A stretch of DNA of 64,000 nucleotides from Acidimicrobiia bacterium (lineage in GTDB: Bacteria > Actinomycetota > Acidimicrobiia > IMCC26256 > PALSA-555). Position 1 is the first letter of the stretch. Each line of letters starts with the position of its first letter. Where the stretch lies: contig DASZJD010000080.1 of the NCBI GenBank assembly GCA_035948415.1, positions 2,306 to 66,305 on the forward strand, read 5' to 3'. Below the pieces are notes generated by a model. It did not search any database, was not told where the DNA came from, and saw only the letters and a program-made list of their open reading frames with translations. The position numbers and the translations under genes are program-made. Below, in pieces: positions 63,130 through 64,000 of this stretch.

Positions 63130-64000
63130 ATGACCGCCGCCACGACGCCCGTCGACTTCGACCCCTTCTCGGAGGAGTTCTTCGACGATCCGTACGAGCT
63201 GTACGGGCGACTCCGGGACGAGGCGCCCGTGTACCGCAGCGGGCGCTACGGCTTCTACGCGCTGTCGAGGTTCGCCGATGTGCTGGCCGCCCACCGAGAT
63301 TGGGAGACCTTCTCGAGTGAGCACGGCATCGAGCTCTTCATGCTCCTCAACACCGACGTCGAGGAGGTCAGGCGCTACCGGCAGGTCATCATGATGGATC
63401 CTCCGGAGCACGACCGGTTCCGAGCGATCGTCAGCCGCGTCTTCACCCCCCGCGCCGTGAGCGCGCTGGAGCCCATGGTCCGTGAGGTCATCTGCAGCTT
63501 CCTCGACCAGCTGGAGGATGCGGCCGAGTTCGACGCCGTTGCCGACTTCGCGGCGCCGTTCCCGATCGAGGTGATCTCTCGGATGCTCGGCGTCCCGGAG
63601 GCGGACCGTCAGGCGATCCGTCACCGGATCGACCTCGGTCTCCACCGCGAGCCGGGTCAGCTGGAGCCGAGCGAGGAGAACCAGCGGGCGACACTCGAGA
63701 ACGGCATGTACTTCCACCGGCTGACCGCGGAGAAGCGGGCGAACCCCGGCGACGACATGCTGTCGCGGCTCACGCAGGTGACGGTCGATCGCGGTGACGG
63801 CGCCGAGACCGGCCTCGACGACACCGAGATCACCGGCTTCGCGACGTTGCTCGGTGGTGCCGGCGCCGAAACGGTCACGAAGCTCGTCGGCAACGCGGTC
63901 GTGCTCTTCTGGCGGCATCCCGACCAGTGGCAGAAGATCCTCACCGATCAGGGAAAGATCCCGCGCGCCGTCGAGGAGATCCTCCGGTACTGGCCGCCCT
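63130..64000 (+). CDS. cytochrome P450 (5' part; runs off the window end)
   Basis: ATG 63130 after 'caggag'. My own translation reads 'FDPFSEEFFDDPYELYGRLRDEAPVY...MMDPPEHDRFR...GGAGAETVT...EEILRYWPP' (I-helix and ExxR present; the heme loop lies beyond 64000). Not in the ORF track because there is no stop in the window. Confidence 0.85.
   Translation, partial: MTAATTPVDFDPFSEEFFDDPYELYGRLRDEAPVYRSGRYGFYALSRFADVLAAHRDWETFSSEHGIELFMLLNTDVEEVRRYRQVIMMDPPEHDRFRAIVSRVFTPRAVSALEPMVREVICSFLDQLEDAAEFDAVADFAAPFPIEVISRMLGVPEADRQAIRHRIDLGLHREPGQLEPSEENQRATLENGMYFHRLTAEKRANPGDDMLSRLTQVTVDRGDGAETGLDDTEITGFATLLGGAGAETVTKLVGNAVVLFWRHPDQWQKILTDQGKIPRAVEEILRYWPP

Overview
GC-rich, gene-dense chromosomal segment that looks actinobacterial: codon third positions are mostly G/C, many genes overlap as ATGA/GTGA, there is a mycothiol-type class III alcohol dehydrogenase, acyl-CoA dehydrogenase (ACAD) genes occur in pairs, and there are several P450s. 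All family calls come from reading motifs by eye in the supplied translations. No searches, HMMs or RNA folding were run. I support about 60 protein genes, one tRNA-Cys(GCA), several gene relics and a few regulatory or repeat elements. I found no rRNA, CRISPR array or intact mobile element. Most of the content is accessory catabolism. There are two beta-oxidation-type clusters, each with an adjacent ACAD pair. The first also has an HMG-CoA-synthase-like::DUF35 fusion next to an SCP-x-type thiolase. There are three intact P450s (one cut by the window end) plus one internally deleted P450 relic, a Rieske oxygenase, a family III CoA-transferase, and hydantoinase B/A with a two-subunit GMC oxidoreductase. 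Other content includes efflux genes (one MFS, two ABC-2 systems), regulators (TetR, MarR, HxlR, XRE), a formaldehyde/formate module, and an envelope/lipid module (phosphoglycosyl transferase, ACP, PlsC-like, KAS). The items most worth a second look are these. (1) A peroxiredoxin-like CxxC gene whose first redox Cys codon is an in-frame TGA, with a perfect GC palindrome 22 nt downstream; it is either a candidate selenoprotein or a nonsense pseudogene. (2) A queD / divergent queC-like / GT9-like / propeller-like operon that converges on an XRE / DUF4254-like pair, with no queE, folE, queF or tgt nearby. (3) A 121-codon in-frame P450 mini-gene still embedded in an operon. (4) Twin TGACC-N3-GGTCA operators overlapping the promoter of a P450-TetR operon. 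(5) Gene debris and an integrase-like relic beside the tRNA-Cys. I cannot show that any of these is a new system. They are hypotheses, each with a stated test.
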